From Escherichia phage vB_EcoM_ASO2A, in sequence record MZ726793.1: a stretch of 64,000 nucleotides of DNA. The stretch is one strand, 5' to 3'. The number at the start of each line of letters is the position of its first letter. Position 1 is the stretch's first letter. Below are positions 55,981-63,722 of the stretch, in pieces. The notes beneath the pieces were generated by a model, which saw nothing but the letters and a program-made list of their open reading frames with translations, searched no databases and was not told where the DNA came from. The translations under genes were made by a program, and so were the position numbers.

Positions 55981-56532
55981 TTACTCTCCTTTGATTATTT
56001 TGTGATGGTCTACAGTTACGATATCTCGTTTACTCATCATAGAAATTATCTCATCAAAATGTAAGATTTTTCCGTGTGCATCCCAACCCACATCTAACAT
56101 TTTACCATAAGCTTCATCAGGGAAAGATCCGTGGGAATGCCCGTGTAGCATGATTGATCCACGACCTTGCTTATTCCAGGAGGCCATAGGGTAATGGCTT
56201 AAGACGAAGAACAGCTTCTGATATTTCACTTCGTCATAATACACCACTTCTCCATACTCTGCAAGCACTTCTCGGTGTTTGCTGTAATCATGGTTCCCAA
56301 CACAATAAGTGATATCCCCTTGGAGGCGGGAAGCAATCTTACGGGTATCTTCTTCAGTCCCGAAACAGAAGTCACCCAAATGCCACATCTTGACACCTGG
56401 ACTCGTAGCGCATTTATTCCATGCTTCGATCAGTGCTTCTGTCATGTGGTCCATATCTTCCCACGGTCGATATTCAGGAGCAAACTCTCGTATACGTTTG
56501 TGCATAAAATGCAAATCACTTGTAATAAACAT
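55981..56532 (-). CDS. calcineurin-like metallophosphoesterase
   Basis: 183 aa; motifs DLHF, GDFCFG, GNHD, HGHSH. Confidence 0.7.
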   Translation of the reverse strand: MFITSDLHFMHKRIREFAPEYRPWEDMDHMTEALIEAWNKCATSPGVKMWHLGDFCFGTEEDTRKIASRLQGDITYCVGNHDYSKHREVLAEYGEVVYYDEVKYQKLFFVLSHYPMASWNKQGRGSIMLHGHSHGSFPDEAYGKMLDVGWDAHGKILHFDEIISMMSKRDIVTVDHHKIIKGE

Positions 56533-56888
56533 TAGTATAATCCCTCGCTAAATAGGTCACGATCATGACCATTACGTTCGTAGTCAATCTGGTCTGCGTG
56601 TTTTGCAATAATGTATGCATCTTCACGACTCCACCAATTGTAGTATTGATCAATAAAACCTTGATTGTTTGGAAGACAATGCACTTTATCAAGCACACCT
56701 GCTTCTTTCAATACATTCAATTGTGCTGATAATATAGGATTTGCATGTCGAACACAAGGAATAATTAACTCTTCACCATTTTTCAGAATATATTTATTCG
56801 CAGCACAGACGATAACACGTTGCGCATAATGACCCTCACCAATCCAGGTAAGAGGTTGGTAACAAATATTGTTTTCAATACCACTCAT
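56532..56888 (-). CDS. hypothetical protein
   Basis: 118-aa ORF. Confidence 0.5.
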   Translation of the reverse strand: MSGIENNICYQPLTWIGEGHYAQRVIVCAANKYILKNGEELIIPCVRHANPILSAQLNVLKEAGVLDKVHCLPNNQGFIDQYYNWWSREDAYIIAKHADQIDYERNGHDRDLFSEGLY

Positions 56889-56894
56889 TGTTTC

Positions 56895-57038
56895 CTAATC
56901 CTCCTCTCTTAAGTTATCCTCGATAAAACTAGTATCTGGAAGTAAAAGATCATTACTTGTGTCGGGCCAATCCTCTTCTTCTCGGTAGATAAAATAACCT
57001 TCGTCCTCTTCTTGTTCCGACCAAACCGAATGATGCAT
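56895..57038 (-). CDS. small acidic protein (47 aa)
   Basis: ORF below track cutoff; SD AAGGAGAG; its stop lies next to the SD of the following gene. Confidence 0.45.
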   Translation of the reverse strand: MHHSVWSEQEEDEGYFIYREEEDWPDTSNDLLLPDTSFIEDNLREED

Positions 57039-57047
57039 GTTCTCTCC

Positions 57048-57404
57048 TTAATAGTGCACACGAATCATTTTAATACCATAACGCAGCATGGATTCTTTTG
57101 CAAGCATGAATTTATCCCCAGCGGCTGGATTAGAAGTATGCACGAAAATGGTAGGTGAACCAAAGCAAGGTTTACCAAACGCCAGAAGTTCTTCCAGGCA
57201 CAGGAAAACATCATACCCATCTTGGTCAGAATCTTCACCCAAATCGTTGTCAAAATGCCACTCGTCTACAAAACGATAACCCTTCTGCACCTCATTCATG
57301 TAGCGAGAGGCAAGAAGTTCCTGTGATGTTTTAAACCAGATTGCATCTGGACAACCATAATCTTTTGGATCACGTAAATCATCAAGCCAAATAATAGTAC
57401 CCAT
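57048..57404 (-). CDS. hypothetical protein
   Basis: 118-aa ORF. Confidence 0.5.
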   Translation of the reverse strand: MGTIIWLDDLRDPKDYGCPDAIWFKTSQELLASRYMNEVQKGYRFVDEWHFDNDLGEDSDQDGYDVFLCLEELLAFGKPCFGSPTIFVHTSNPAAGDKFMLAKESMLRYGIKMIRVHY

Positions 57405-57414
57405 ATAACCTCCT

Positions 57415-57885
57415 CTAAGCTGGCATGATTAAAAAAGAACTCTCCACTTCAAAATGCCAATCATCTACAAGCCCTGATTCCCAATCCTTCTCTTCATGGA
57501 AAGAGCAAATCCAACGGTACATACCTGGCGGTGTATTCTCAACATCTTCTGGCAACCCGTAATCCAAAGCTGTCAAACCGTTCTCTGTAAAACTAGAATG
57601 GAGATTAGGAGCTTTCAATACAGAAACCCTGCCTCCAACATCTACAGCCACAATCCACTCTGTCATGTATGGGCTGTCATATTGAGGCTCATCAGAACCT
57701 ACCTCAACAGCCTCTGTGCGTAAGATGATAAGAGGCTGCTCTGTGATTGGGGCTTTGACAATATACCCGTGATCCTCAAAAAGATCGATAACCTCGAACT
57801 CATCGCCGTTTTCGACACCATAACTCTTATTCAAAGAGATAAACTTCGGGTTATCATCGTAAGCTTTAGTTACTTTAATTCTCAT
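57415..57885 (-). CDS. hypothetical protein
   Basis: 156-aa ORF. Confidence 0.5.
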   Translation of the reverse strand: MRIKVTKAYDDNPKFISLNKSYGVENGDEFEVIDLFEDHGYIVKAPITEQPLIILRTEAVEVGSDEPQYDSPYMTEWIVAVDVGGRVSVLKAPNLHSSFTENGLTALDYGLPEDVENTPPGMYRWICSFHEEKDWESGLVDDWHFEVESSFLIMPA

Positions 57886-58106
57886 TTTTCCTCCTTCACT
57901 TTAACCTCAAATTCTACAGGCTTACCCTCAATGTAAAAACACTGATACTCTGCCTTATCATCCTCATCACGAGGCCAAGTTACCAAGGAGTTATAGCAAT
58001 CTTCTGGTGTTTTGAAGATGTTTTTAGTCTCCACAGTAACATTCCCATTAAGTGTTGCCAATACCACCCACCCAGCTACAGGGATCATAGTGCCTCCACT
58101 TTCCAC
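57882..58106 (-). CDS. hypothetical protein
   Basis: 74-aa ORF. Confidence 0.45.
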   Translation of the reverse strand: MESGGTMIPVAGWVVLATLNGNVTVETKNIFKTPEDCYNSLVTWPRDEDDKAEYQCFYIEGKPVEFEVKVKEEK

Positions 58107-58267
58107 GTTTTACCCTTATCAACCAAGGTCTTTGCTACAGCATACTCCTTCCCATTAACAAGGAAATAATAAACGATAAAAGATTTCCCGATTGTTACTG
58201 TCTTAGTAACCTCTACACGTTTAACACCTTGCATGTATTTTGCCTTACCGGAATAGAGTAAAATCAT
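58085..58267 (-). CDS. hypothetical protein
   Basis: 60-aa ORF. Confidence 0.4.
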   Translation of the reverse strand: MILLYSGKAKYMQGVKRVEVTKTVTIGKSFIVYYFLVNGKEYAVAKTLVDKGKTWKVEAL

Positions 58268-58545
58268 TTTGCATTCCTCTTGTTGTTGATAACATCCATA
58301 GCAGTATATGGTTTATTAGTGCCATGATACTCCAGAATCATTGGAGAGCCTTCTTGCACTACTTCAAAGATACCATAAACAGAACTTTCAGCAAATACCA
58401 TTTGCTTCGTGCCTTCATCGTTTACAACGAGAGAAAACTTCTTGCCTGTCCCGTTGAGGATCTCGTATTTCTTGCCAGCAGTGAATAATCCAGAGTACCA
58501 CTCATTATCTGTTGCTTTTACACACTTCAGGAAAGTCTTGATCAT
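58264..58545 (-). CDS. hypothetical protein
   Basis: 93-aa ORF. Confidence 0.5.
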   Translation of the reverse strand: MIKTFLKCVKATDNEWYSGLFTAGKKYEILNGTGKKFSLVVNDEGTKQMVFAESSVYGIFEVVQEGSPMILEYHGTNKPYTAMDVINNKRNAK

Positions 58546-58895
58546 TTCTTTTTGCTCCTCTTTTTAGATTTCTCATACAAACCTAACACAGCCGCTTCTT
58601 TTGCACAAGTAGGAACTGAAGTCATCCCTCTTCTTTTTGCTTCTGGTAGTTGCAAAGTCCATATTCCCCACCAATAAATTTGGTCTGCCGTGAGTGGTTC
58701 AGCCATTGGATCTGCCTCCTGCTCCTCAAGACGTTGCAACGCTTCTTCAATCTTCTCGATTGGTGTGTCAAAGACGAATGCCTCCGTATCAAATTTATCT
58801 TTCTTAGGAACTGATTTGGCTACTTTGAGAACCTCGTTTTTCGGTTTCTTAGTAACGTTCTTTGGCTTTGATAACTTCTTCGGTGTTTTCGCCAC
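58542..58895 (-). CDS. lysine-rich protein (possible nucleic-acid binding)
   Basis: 117 aa; K-rich N- and C-termini. Confidence 0.5.
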   Translation of the reverse strand: MAKTPKKLSKPKNVTKKPKNEVLKVAKSVPKKDKFDTEAFVFDTPIEKIEEALQRLEEQEADPMAEPLTADQIYWWGIWTLQLPEAKRRGMTSVPTCAKEAAVLGLYEKSKKRSKKK

Positions 58896-59088
58896 TTACT
58901 ACCTCCATACGATCTAAAAAGTCATTCACAAATCTCCAGTAACGTTGACCTGTTCTAAGATCTTCATAGATAACCACAGGATCAAACACTTTAGATATTC
59001 CGGCAGGTTTTGGAAATTCCACTACTGTATATAAACCACCTTTTGCTACACAAGAATAGGTTACGCCTGTAATTGGATAGTTGCTCAT
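58849..59088 (-). CDS. hypothetical protein
   Basis: 79-aa ORF. Confidence 0.45.
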   Translation of the reverse strand: MSNYPITGVTYSCVAKGGLYTVVEFPKPAGISKVFDPVVIYEDLRTGQRYWRFVNDFLDRMEVVSGENTEEVIKAKERY

Positions 59089-59279
59089 TTCTTTACGTAC
59101 TCCATGATTGGGGTATGGTCGCCAGTAAGCGTAACACGGCTGTAGGACACATCTTGTGTCTTCAACGTATCAATCCACTCTAAGAAGTGTTCTTTAGCTT
59201 CTGTGTAGTTCTGTGTGCCTTTAACAACGTGTATACCATCTAGCGTTACACGGAATACCATTTGAATAACGTCTTTCAT
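59085..59279 (-). CDS. hypothetical protein
   Basis: 64-aa ORF. Confidence 0.5.
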   Translation of the reverse strand: MKDVIQMVFRVTLDGIHVVKGTQNYTEAKEHFLEWIDTLKTQDVSYSRVTLTGDHTPIMEYVKK

Positions 59280-59392
59280 TTCTTACCTCCTTTGTTGTCA
59301 AAGTAGCTTACCAGAACATCGTGAACCACACACATGGCAAAAATCAGAACAATTGTTGCCAGGATTGGGTTCTCACTAATTAGTGCTATCAT
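59276..59392 (-). CDS. small membrane protein (38 aa)
   Basis: ORF below track cutoff; SD GGAGG; ATGA overlap with next gene. Confidence 0.4.
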   Translation of the reverse strand: MIALISENPILATIVLIFAMCVVHDVLVSYFDNKGGKK

Positions 59393-59699
59393 CTTTAACC
59401 ACCTCCAATTGCCTTTCTAGTTTGACTCTGTTTGAGAACTGATAATGACACAACTTACATTGCATGTCAACAATCTGATCGTGATTTAACCCTACAATTT
59501 TAACTTCCTTTGCACCATCCCACTCCAAATACTCAAAGCCATCCAAATGATTACTCTTGTACAACAGGAATGCTATCTGCTTCCATTCAATCTGAATATC
59601 ATTTAAATGATATGCTGCACAGAAGATATCCTCATAGTAAAAGACGATCATTGTCATTGCTTCGTCAAGTACAACTACCTCTTGTCTTGTAAATCTCAT
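59376..59699 (-). CDS. hypothetical protein
   Basis: 107-aa ORF; first gene of the leftward block; SD AGGAGG; GCGTC-AGA-GACGC hairpin in its 5' leader. Confidence 0.5.
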   Translation of the reverse strand: MRFTRQEVVVLDEAMTMIVFYYEDIFCAAYHLNDIQIEWKQIAFLLYKSNHLDGFEYLEWDGAKEVKIVGLNHDQIVDMQCKLCHYQFSNRVKLERQLEVVKDDSTN

Positions 59700-59952
59700 T
59701 CTAGCCTCCTAAACGCGTCTCTGACGCACTTTTATATATAAGATGATAAATCACCTTACCTAGTAAGTAAACTTGCTCTACAGCCTCTTATGAAGCTTAT
59801 GTTATAGGCTATACTATTGCTACCTGTTTAAGCAAGGTTTTTGCACACAGAAAATAATTTTTAATAAAACTCTTGACTTTTGTGTTCGAAGTATGCTACC
59901 CTAGAAATCTATTAACGAGCGCAGCGAGTTAAGGTTTTAGGTTGGTGATGTA

Positions 59953-59985
59953 GTACTCTGTACTCAAGTACTGTACTCCGTACTA
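59953..59985. repeat. Five tandem GTACT(C) iteron-like repeats
   Basis: GTACTC, GTACTC, GTACT, GTACTCC, GTACTA within 33 bp. Confidence 0.6.
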
Positions 59986-60030
59986 GATTAATAATTATTA
60001 AATATTAATAATAAATAATTATTAGATCTA
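59986..60030. repeat. AT-rich palindromic tract
   Basis: TTAATAATTATTAA palindrome and TAATAATAAATAATTATTA, essentially pure A/T. Confidence 0.55.
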
Positions 60031-60117
60031 ACAAACAGGTACAGTGTATCAGAACTGGTACGTACAGATCAACTTCTATCAATTAAAAATAAAATAATAA
60101 ATTATTATAAATAATAC

Positions 60118-60146
60118 TTGATCTATAGATTAGTATGAAGTACAGT
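60118..60146 (+). promoter_or_regulatory. sigma70-like promoter
   Basis: TTGATC, 17 nt, TACAGT; then SD GGAGGTG and ATG 60179. Confidence 0.45.
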
Positions 60147-60178
60147 ACGAAACATCTTAACAAGAATGGAGGTGTGCA

Positions 60179-60364
60179 ATGATTAGTGAGAATCCGTGCA
60201 AATGGCATCATGTGCCTATTAAAGATTGTATGTCTTGTAATCCACGTTCTATTTATAACATTGCATCTTATGATGATGACAATGTGTTAGACGATGATGA
60301 AGGCTGGGAGGATTTAGATTGGACTGGTTATGAAACCAAAAAGGATAAAATTATTCCTAGTTGA
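60179..60364 (+). CDS. hypothetical protein
   Basis: 61-aa ORF; SD GGAGGTG. Confidence 0.5.
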   Translation: MISENPCKWHHVPIKDCMSCNPRSIYNIASYDDDNVLDDDEGWEDLDWTGYETKKDKIIPS

Positions 60365-60401
60365 CTTAAGATATCCTTCGTGCTAAACTAGAAGTGAGGA
60401 G

Positions 60402-60653
60402 ATGCCGATCACTCCCCATTTGGGGTTCGAAGGATATATGCAAAATAGCTTTTATTTTAGGTGCCGTGCTTGTAATAGGCATTTGACAAACCACTCCAGA
60501 CGTGATAAAAATGGAGTCATCAAGGAATCAGACCTCTGTTCTATTTGCACAGGTTTGGCTTTTGATGATAGTCCCGAAAGGGTTTATCAGCATCAATGTA
60601 TAACAGACGTTCTCGTGTCAAACTTGGTAGAGGACGAACAACTAACAGATTAG
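60402..60653 (+). CDS. cysteine-rich protein (zinc-finger-like)
   Basis: 83 aa; CRACNRH...CSIC; SD GAGGAG. Confidence 0.5.
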   Translation: MPITPHLGFEGYMQNSFYFRCRACNRHLTNHSRRDKNGVIKESDLCSICTGLAFDDSPERVYQHQCITDVLVSNLVEDEQLTD

Positions 60654-60661
60654 GAGGAACA

Positions 60662-60910
60662 ATGTCTCTATTAGAAAAACACGTGTTTGAAGATGGTAAC
60701 GGCAATGCAGTTTTTCTTTTCCATCCAGAAAAATACACATCTGAAAACAATGGTACAACTTCTATTGTAATCACTAAAGATGTTAAAGTTATTGATTTCT
60801 TGGCTCTGATGCGAGAGATGGATCTTGAAATTAATACTTTTAACGCAGAAGCTTTGGTTGTTGCTCTTCTGGAAAAGAAAGATAGTGAAGAAGTAGCAGA
60901 ATATGCTTAA
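60662..60910 (+). CDS. hypothetical protein
   Basis: 82 aa from ATG 60662; SD AGGAGG. Confidence 0.5.
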   Translation: MSLLEKHVFEDGNGNAVFLFHPEKYTSENNGTTSIVITKDVKVIDFLALMREMDLEINTFNAEALVVALLEKKDSEEVAEYA

Positions 60911-60917
60911 ATAACTA

Positions 60918-60947
60918 TTGACAAACGTATCCTTCATATGTTAGGAT
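60918..60947 (+). promoter_or_regulatory. sigma70-like promoter (conserved ACTATTGACAA box)
   Basis: AACTATTGACAA recurs at 61501 and 62471; -10-like TTAGGAT. Confidence 0.5.
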
Positions 60948-60961
60948 ACGTTCATCAAGTG

Positions 60962-61148
60962 TGGTAACAGGGTCGTTGACTTTTGTTAAGAGGGGCTTGC
61001 ACTGCGGTAGTGTTAGAGACTACTTCTTCAGAGGTTAGCTACCAAAGAGGAAAAGGAATAGTCTCGGCTCAAGAACTTTTACGCTGAAAGTTGGGCTTGG
61101 TCTTAGAGAATGTAGCGGTTCTCTACAATCGTCAGCGTCTCTGTTACC
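60962..61148 (+). ncRNA. Candidate structured small RNA upstream of the tRNAs
   Basis: 187 nt closed by GGTAACAG...CTGTTACC with nested stems (GAGACTA..TAGTCTC; TAGAGAA..TTCTCTA); no ORF. Confidence 0.3.
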
Positions 61149-61156
61149 ACATTTAT

Positions 61157-61231
61157 GGCCCTGTAGCTCAATGGGAGAGCTGTCGGCTCATAACCGATAG
61201 GTAGCTGGATCGAAACCAGCCAGGGCCACCA
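61157..61231 (+). tRNA. tRNA-Met (anticodon CAT)
   Basis: Manual cloverleaf: acceptor GGCCCTG/CAGGGCC, D-stem GCTC/GAGC, loop CTCATAA, T-arm GCTGG/CCAGC, encoded CCA. Confidence 0.8.
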
Positions 61232-61233
61232 AC

Positions 61234-61308
61234 GTCTTTATGGTGTAATGGATAGCACAGGAGTCTTCTAAACTCTTAGTCAAGGTTCGATTCCTTGTAA
61301 AGACACCA
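61234..61308 (+). tRNA. tRNA-Arg (anticodon TCT)
   Basis: Acceptor GTCTTTA/TAAAGAC, loop CTTCTAA, T-arm CAAGG-TTCGATT-CCTTG, CCA. Confidence 0.8.
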
Positions 61309-61503
61309 GAACATTTTAACATGAATTAGCTCAAGTGATTTGAACCCACTACTGATCATGGTGGCAGAGAATGAGGCAAGTATGTCAGACATTATAAACA
61401 AAGGCCACGGTTATATTAGAAGACATAAATGCTCGAAGAGCACCGTTCGTGGAGAACGGGGTTGGTGGAGTCACCATTCATGGTAAAATGTTTTAAAAAA
61501 CTA

Positions 61504-61533
61504 TTGACAACTAACATTATTTTATGTTAGATT
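61504..61533 (+). promoter_or_regulatory. sigma70-like promoter (ACTATTGACAA box) for tRNA transcription
   Basis: TTGACA, 17 nt, TTAGATT; tRNA-Ser begins about 9 nt downstream. Confidence 0.5.
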
Positions 61534-61541
61534 ATAAGTAT

Positions 61542-61632
61542 GGAAGGGCAAATCGACGTGGCGACGAAAACGGTCTTGAAAACCGCCGAGCTTGAAAGAG
61601 CCTTGGGAGTTCGACTCTCCCTCCTTCCGCCA
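61542..61632 (+). tRNA. tRNA-Ser (anticodon TGA), long variable arm
   Basis: Acceptor GGAAGGG/TCCTTCC, loop CTTGAAA, T-arm GGGAG-TTCGACT-CTCCC, CCA; D-arm atypical. Confidence 0.7.
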
Positions 61633-61637
61633 GATTA

Positions 61638-61723
61638 GGTAGATTGGTGAAATGGTAGCCACGACAGTTTGCTAAACTGTAGTCGGAAACGGCGTGTAGG
61701 TTCGAGTCCTACATCTACCGCCA
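61638..61723 (+). tRNA. tRNA-Ser (anticodon GCT), long variable arm
   Basis: Acceptor GGTAGAT/ATCTACC, arm ACAGT-TTGCTAA-ACTGT, 15-nt variable arm, CCA. Confidence 0.8.
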
Positions 61724-61853
61724 AGTTCTTTTTAATATAGCTTACTTTAGCAGAGTAAATCTTCGGCAAGTGGCGGTAACCACTTTACCGATAACTCATA
61801 GTTAGTGGTGTGAACACTGGCTATTTTAAAAAGAATTTAAATATTAGTATTTA

Positions 61854-61941
61854 GGTGAGTTAATTCCGTAGGGGTAGCGGGGCAGACTGTAAATCTGTTA
61901 TCATTGCGATTCGGGTGGTTCGACTCCATCACTCACCACCA
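61854..61941 (+). tRNA. tRNA-Tyr (anticodon GTA), long variable arm
   Basis: Acceptor GGTGAGT/ACTCACC, GCAGA-CTGTAAA-TCTGT as in E. coli tRNA-Tyr, CCA. Confidence 0.8.
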
Positions 61942-61947
61942 AATTAA

Positions 61948-62033
61948 GATGAGTTGGCTGAATGGTTTAAGCGGCGGACTGTTAATCCGTGTTCGAAAGA
62001 ACGATATAGGTTCAAATCCTATACTCATCGCCA
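61948..62033 (+). tRNA. tRNA with anticodon GTT (Asn by position) and an atypical long variable arm
   Basis: Acceptor GATGAGT/ACTCATC, arm GCGGA-CTGTTAA-TCCGT, 15-nt variable arm (GTTC-GAAA-GAAC), CCA. Confidence 0.5.
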
Positions 62034-62040
62034 GAATTAT

Positions 62041-62117
62041 GGACTTGTAGAGTTAAGGTAAACCCCCAGTCGCCAAGAGGCTTCTGGAATTGCAGGTATC
62101 GAATCCTGCCGAGTCCC
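62041..62117 (+). ncRNA. tRNA-like element (degenerate, no canonical anticodon arm)
   Basis: Acceptor-like GGACTTG/CGAGTCC and T-arm-like GCAGG-TATCGAAT-CCTGC (8-nt loop); no 5-7-5 anticodon arm; no CCA. Confidence 0.2.
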
Positions 62118-62123
62118 AGCTTT

Positions 62124-62198
62124 GCTCCTATAGTATAATGGCTATTACAACGGTTTTGTAATCCGTGGATCTCTGTTCGATTCAGAGTGGGAGCACCA
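62124..62198 (+). tRNA. tRNA-Thr (anticodon TGT)
   Basis: Acceptor GCTCCTA/TGGGAGC, loop TTTGTAA, T-arm CTCTG-TTCGATT-CAGAG, CCA. Confidence 0.75.
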
Positions 62199-62473
62199 AC
62201 ACAACATTAAGGGCACTGTGATTGATCGTCGTATCCTGTGCACAAGGTCTGTTCGAAAGACAGTGTTCTTAGTATTGTGTTGATCACACAAAAAGAGTTA
62301 CCTGAAACTTGACCGGAGTAGGGTTGGATGGGGCAAAAGAAGAAGCGGCTCTCCCATCGACAGCAACGAAGAATAATATTTGACTTTGGTTTTGTATTAT
62401 TTTAAGTTAGCTTACCGAACGTAGGGCTAGTCACCCAACGGGATACTCGTCACTGTCCCACTCAATAAAACTA

Positions 62474-62503
62474 TTGACAACCAATAGTAAAATGTAGTAT
62501 AGT
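62474..62503 (+). promoter_or_regulatory. sigma70-like promoter (ACTATTGACAA box) upstream of tRNA-Gly
   Basis: TTGACA, 18 nt, TATAGT; then GTAGGGCG and tRNA-Gly. Confidence 0.5.
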
Positions 62504-62514
62504 AAAGATGTAGG

Positions 62515-62588
62515 GCGTTCTTGGTGTAGCGGTAGCATTCCGTCCTTCCAAGTCGGCGGCACGAGTTCGATCCTCGTAGAACGCTCCA
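62515..62588 (+). tRNA. tRNA-Gly (anticodon TCC)
   Basis: Acceptor GCGTTCT/AGAACGC, loop CTTCCAA (stem has one U-U mismatch), T-arm ACGAG-TTCGATC-CTCGT, CCA. Confidence 0.65.
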
Positions 62589-62686
62589 AATTATTTAATA
62601 AAGGGTTGCCAGAAAACTTTCTCTTTTACTCATGGTTTTCTCCTTCTCTCACACCTCTTCTGGTTGCCCTTCATTAAATGATTTAT

Positions 62687-62762
62687 TGGTTTGTAGTGTA
62701 GTCCGGTAGCACACGACACTTTGACTGTCGTAGGTTTGGTTCAAATCCAGACAGACCAGCCA
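62687..62762 (+). tRNA. tRNA-Gln (anticodon TTG)
   Basis: Starts with U like E. coli tRNA-Gln; acceptor TGGTTTG/CAGACCA, arm CGACA-CTTTGAC-TGTCG, CCA. Confidence 0.75.
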
Positions 62763-62855
62763 TATAACAAAGGTGAGTCACTACCTCAAGTGTGAAGTTA
62801 AAAACGAGGAGCCGCCGAACACTTTCTTTTGCGGTGTACCTTTAGAATGTTATGA

Positions 62856-62932
62856 CGGAATTTAGCTCAGTTTGGTAGAGTGTACGCTTTGGGAGCGTAT
62901 TGTCGCAGGTTCGAATCCTGCAATTCCGACCA
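62856..62932 (+). tRNA. tRNA-Pro (anticodon TGG)
   Basis: Starts with C like E. coli tRNA-Pro; acceptor CGGAATT/AATTCCG, arm TACGC-TTTGGGA-GCGTA, T-arm GCAGG-TTCGAAT-CCTGC, CCA. Confidence 0.8.
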
Positions 62933-62938
62933 ATTAAA

Positions 62939-63012
62939 TGTTTCGTAGTTCAATGGTAGAACCCACGACTGATAATCGTGAGATACAAGTTCGATTCTTG
63001 TCGAAACAACCA
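62939..63012 (+). tRNA. tRNA-Ile (anticodon GAT)
   Basis: Acceptor TGTTTCG/CGAAACA, D-stem GTTC/GAAC, arm CACGA-CTGATAA-TCGTG, CCA. Confidence 0.75.
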
Positions 63013-63014
63013 GT

Positions 63015-63084
63015 TTCCCGTTAGACTTACAGGATAAGAGTTCCACAATTTATTGTGACGCTGGTTCGAATCCAGCACGGGATA
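63015..63084 (+). ncRNA. tRNA-like element with aberrant anticodon arm (possible pseudo-tRNA)
   Basis: Canonical T-arm GCTGG-TTCGAAT-CCAGC and 6-bp acceptor, but the anticodon region folds as CACAA-TTTA-TTGTG; no CCA. Confidence 0.25.
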
Positions 63085-63090
63085 CATAAT

Positions 63091-63169
63091 AGCGGGATAG
63101 AGGAGTCTGGTCGTCCTCGCCAGTTTCATATGCTGGAGATCATTGGTTCAAATCCAATTCCCGCCTCCA
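63091..63169 (+). tRNA. tRNA with anticodon CAT (Met, or Ile2 if modified)
   Basis: Acceptor AGCGGGA/TCCCGCC (1:72 mismatch), 11-nt D-loop, arm CCAGT-TTCATAT-GCTGG, CCA. Confidence 0.7.
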
Positions 63170-63285
63170 AATATCGCTTGCCAGCGGTATCTTTGAAGAC
63201 CTTGCCTGGTTCCTTCTAAGATGGAGGGGTGCGACTCCTTAACGCACAATTATAATAAAGCATTTCAAATTAACAGTATTTATTA

Positions 63286-63308
63286 GCCTCCTTATTGGAG
63301 GCTTTTTG
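63286..63308 (+). terminator. Rho-independent terminator after the tRNA cluster
   Basis: GCCTCC-TTATT-GGAGGC followed by TTTTT. Confidence 0.65.
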
Positions 63309-63326
63309 CTATCTATTGAATAAAAC

Positions 63327-63355
63327 TTGACTTATTATTTTTTATATGTTAAGAT
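63327..63355 (+). promoter_or_regulatory. sigma70-like promoter
   Basis: TTGACT, 17 nt, TAAGAT (same -10 as the early cassettes). Confidence 0.5.
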
Positions 63356-63376
63356 AAAGTTTAGGAGGATTTTATT

Positions 63377-63673
63377 ATGCCTAAACTAAAACGTGGTCGT
63401 GGAAGACCAACAGCCGAAATGCAACAGATTTACGCAATGGATGCGGCGCAAGCAAGTGTAAAAGAATTATTTGCAGAGCATTATTTAGAAGCTATGCGGT
63501 ATATTGTTGAACTTGTTAATGATAAGGATGCAGCAAAACCTCTCCGCTTCCAAGCAGCTAAAGCTATTAAAGAGCAAGTAGAAGAATGGTTAGAAGAACA
63601 TTATGAAGCTATGGAAGAAGAAACCCCTGCCGTGCAGAATACAGATGACGTTCCTAAAAAGATCGTAATCTAA
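63377..63673 (+). CDS. hypothetical protein with AT-hook-like motif
   Basis: 98 aa; N-terminal KRGRGRP; SD AGGAGG. Confidence 0.55.
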   Translation: MPKLKRGRGRPTAEMQQIYAMDAAQASVKELFAEHYLEAMRYIVELVNDKDAAKPLRFQAAKAIKEQVEEWLEEHYEAMEEETPAVQNTDDVPKKIVI

Positions 63674-63722
63674 TCCCTCTCCTCTCTTGGGGCTTTGCCC
63701 CTCCTCCTTGTTATTTTTAACA

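Noticed and set aside
61358-61483. 41-aa ORF between tRNA-Arg and tRNA-Ser
   Set aside because: No convincing Shine-Dalgarno sequence; the interval may instead hold RNA structure. Left unannotated.
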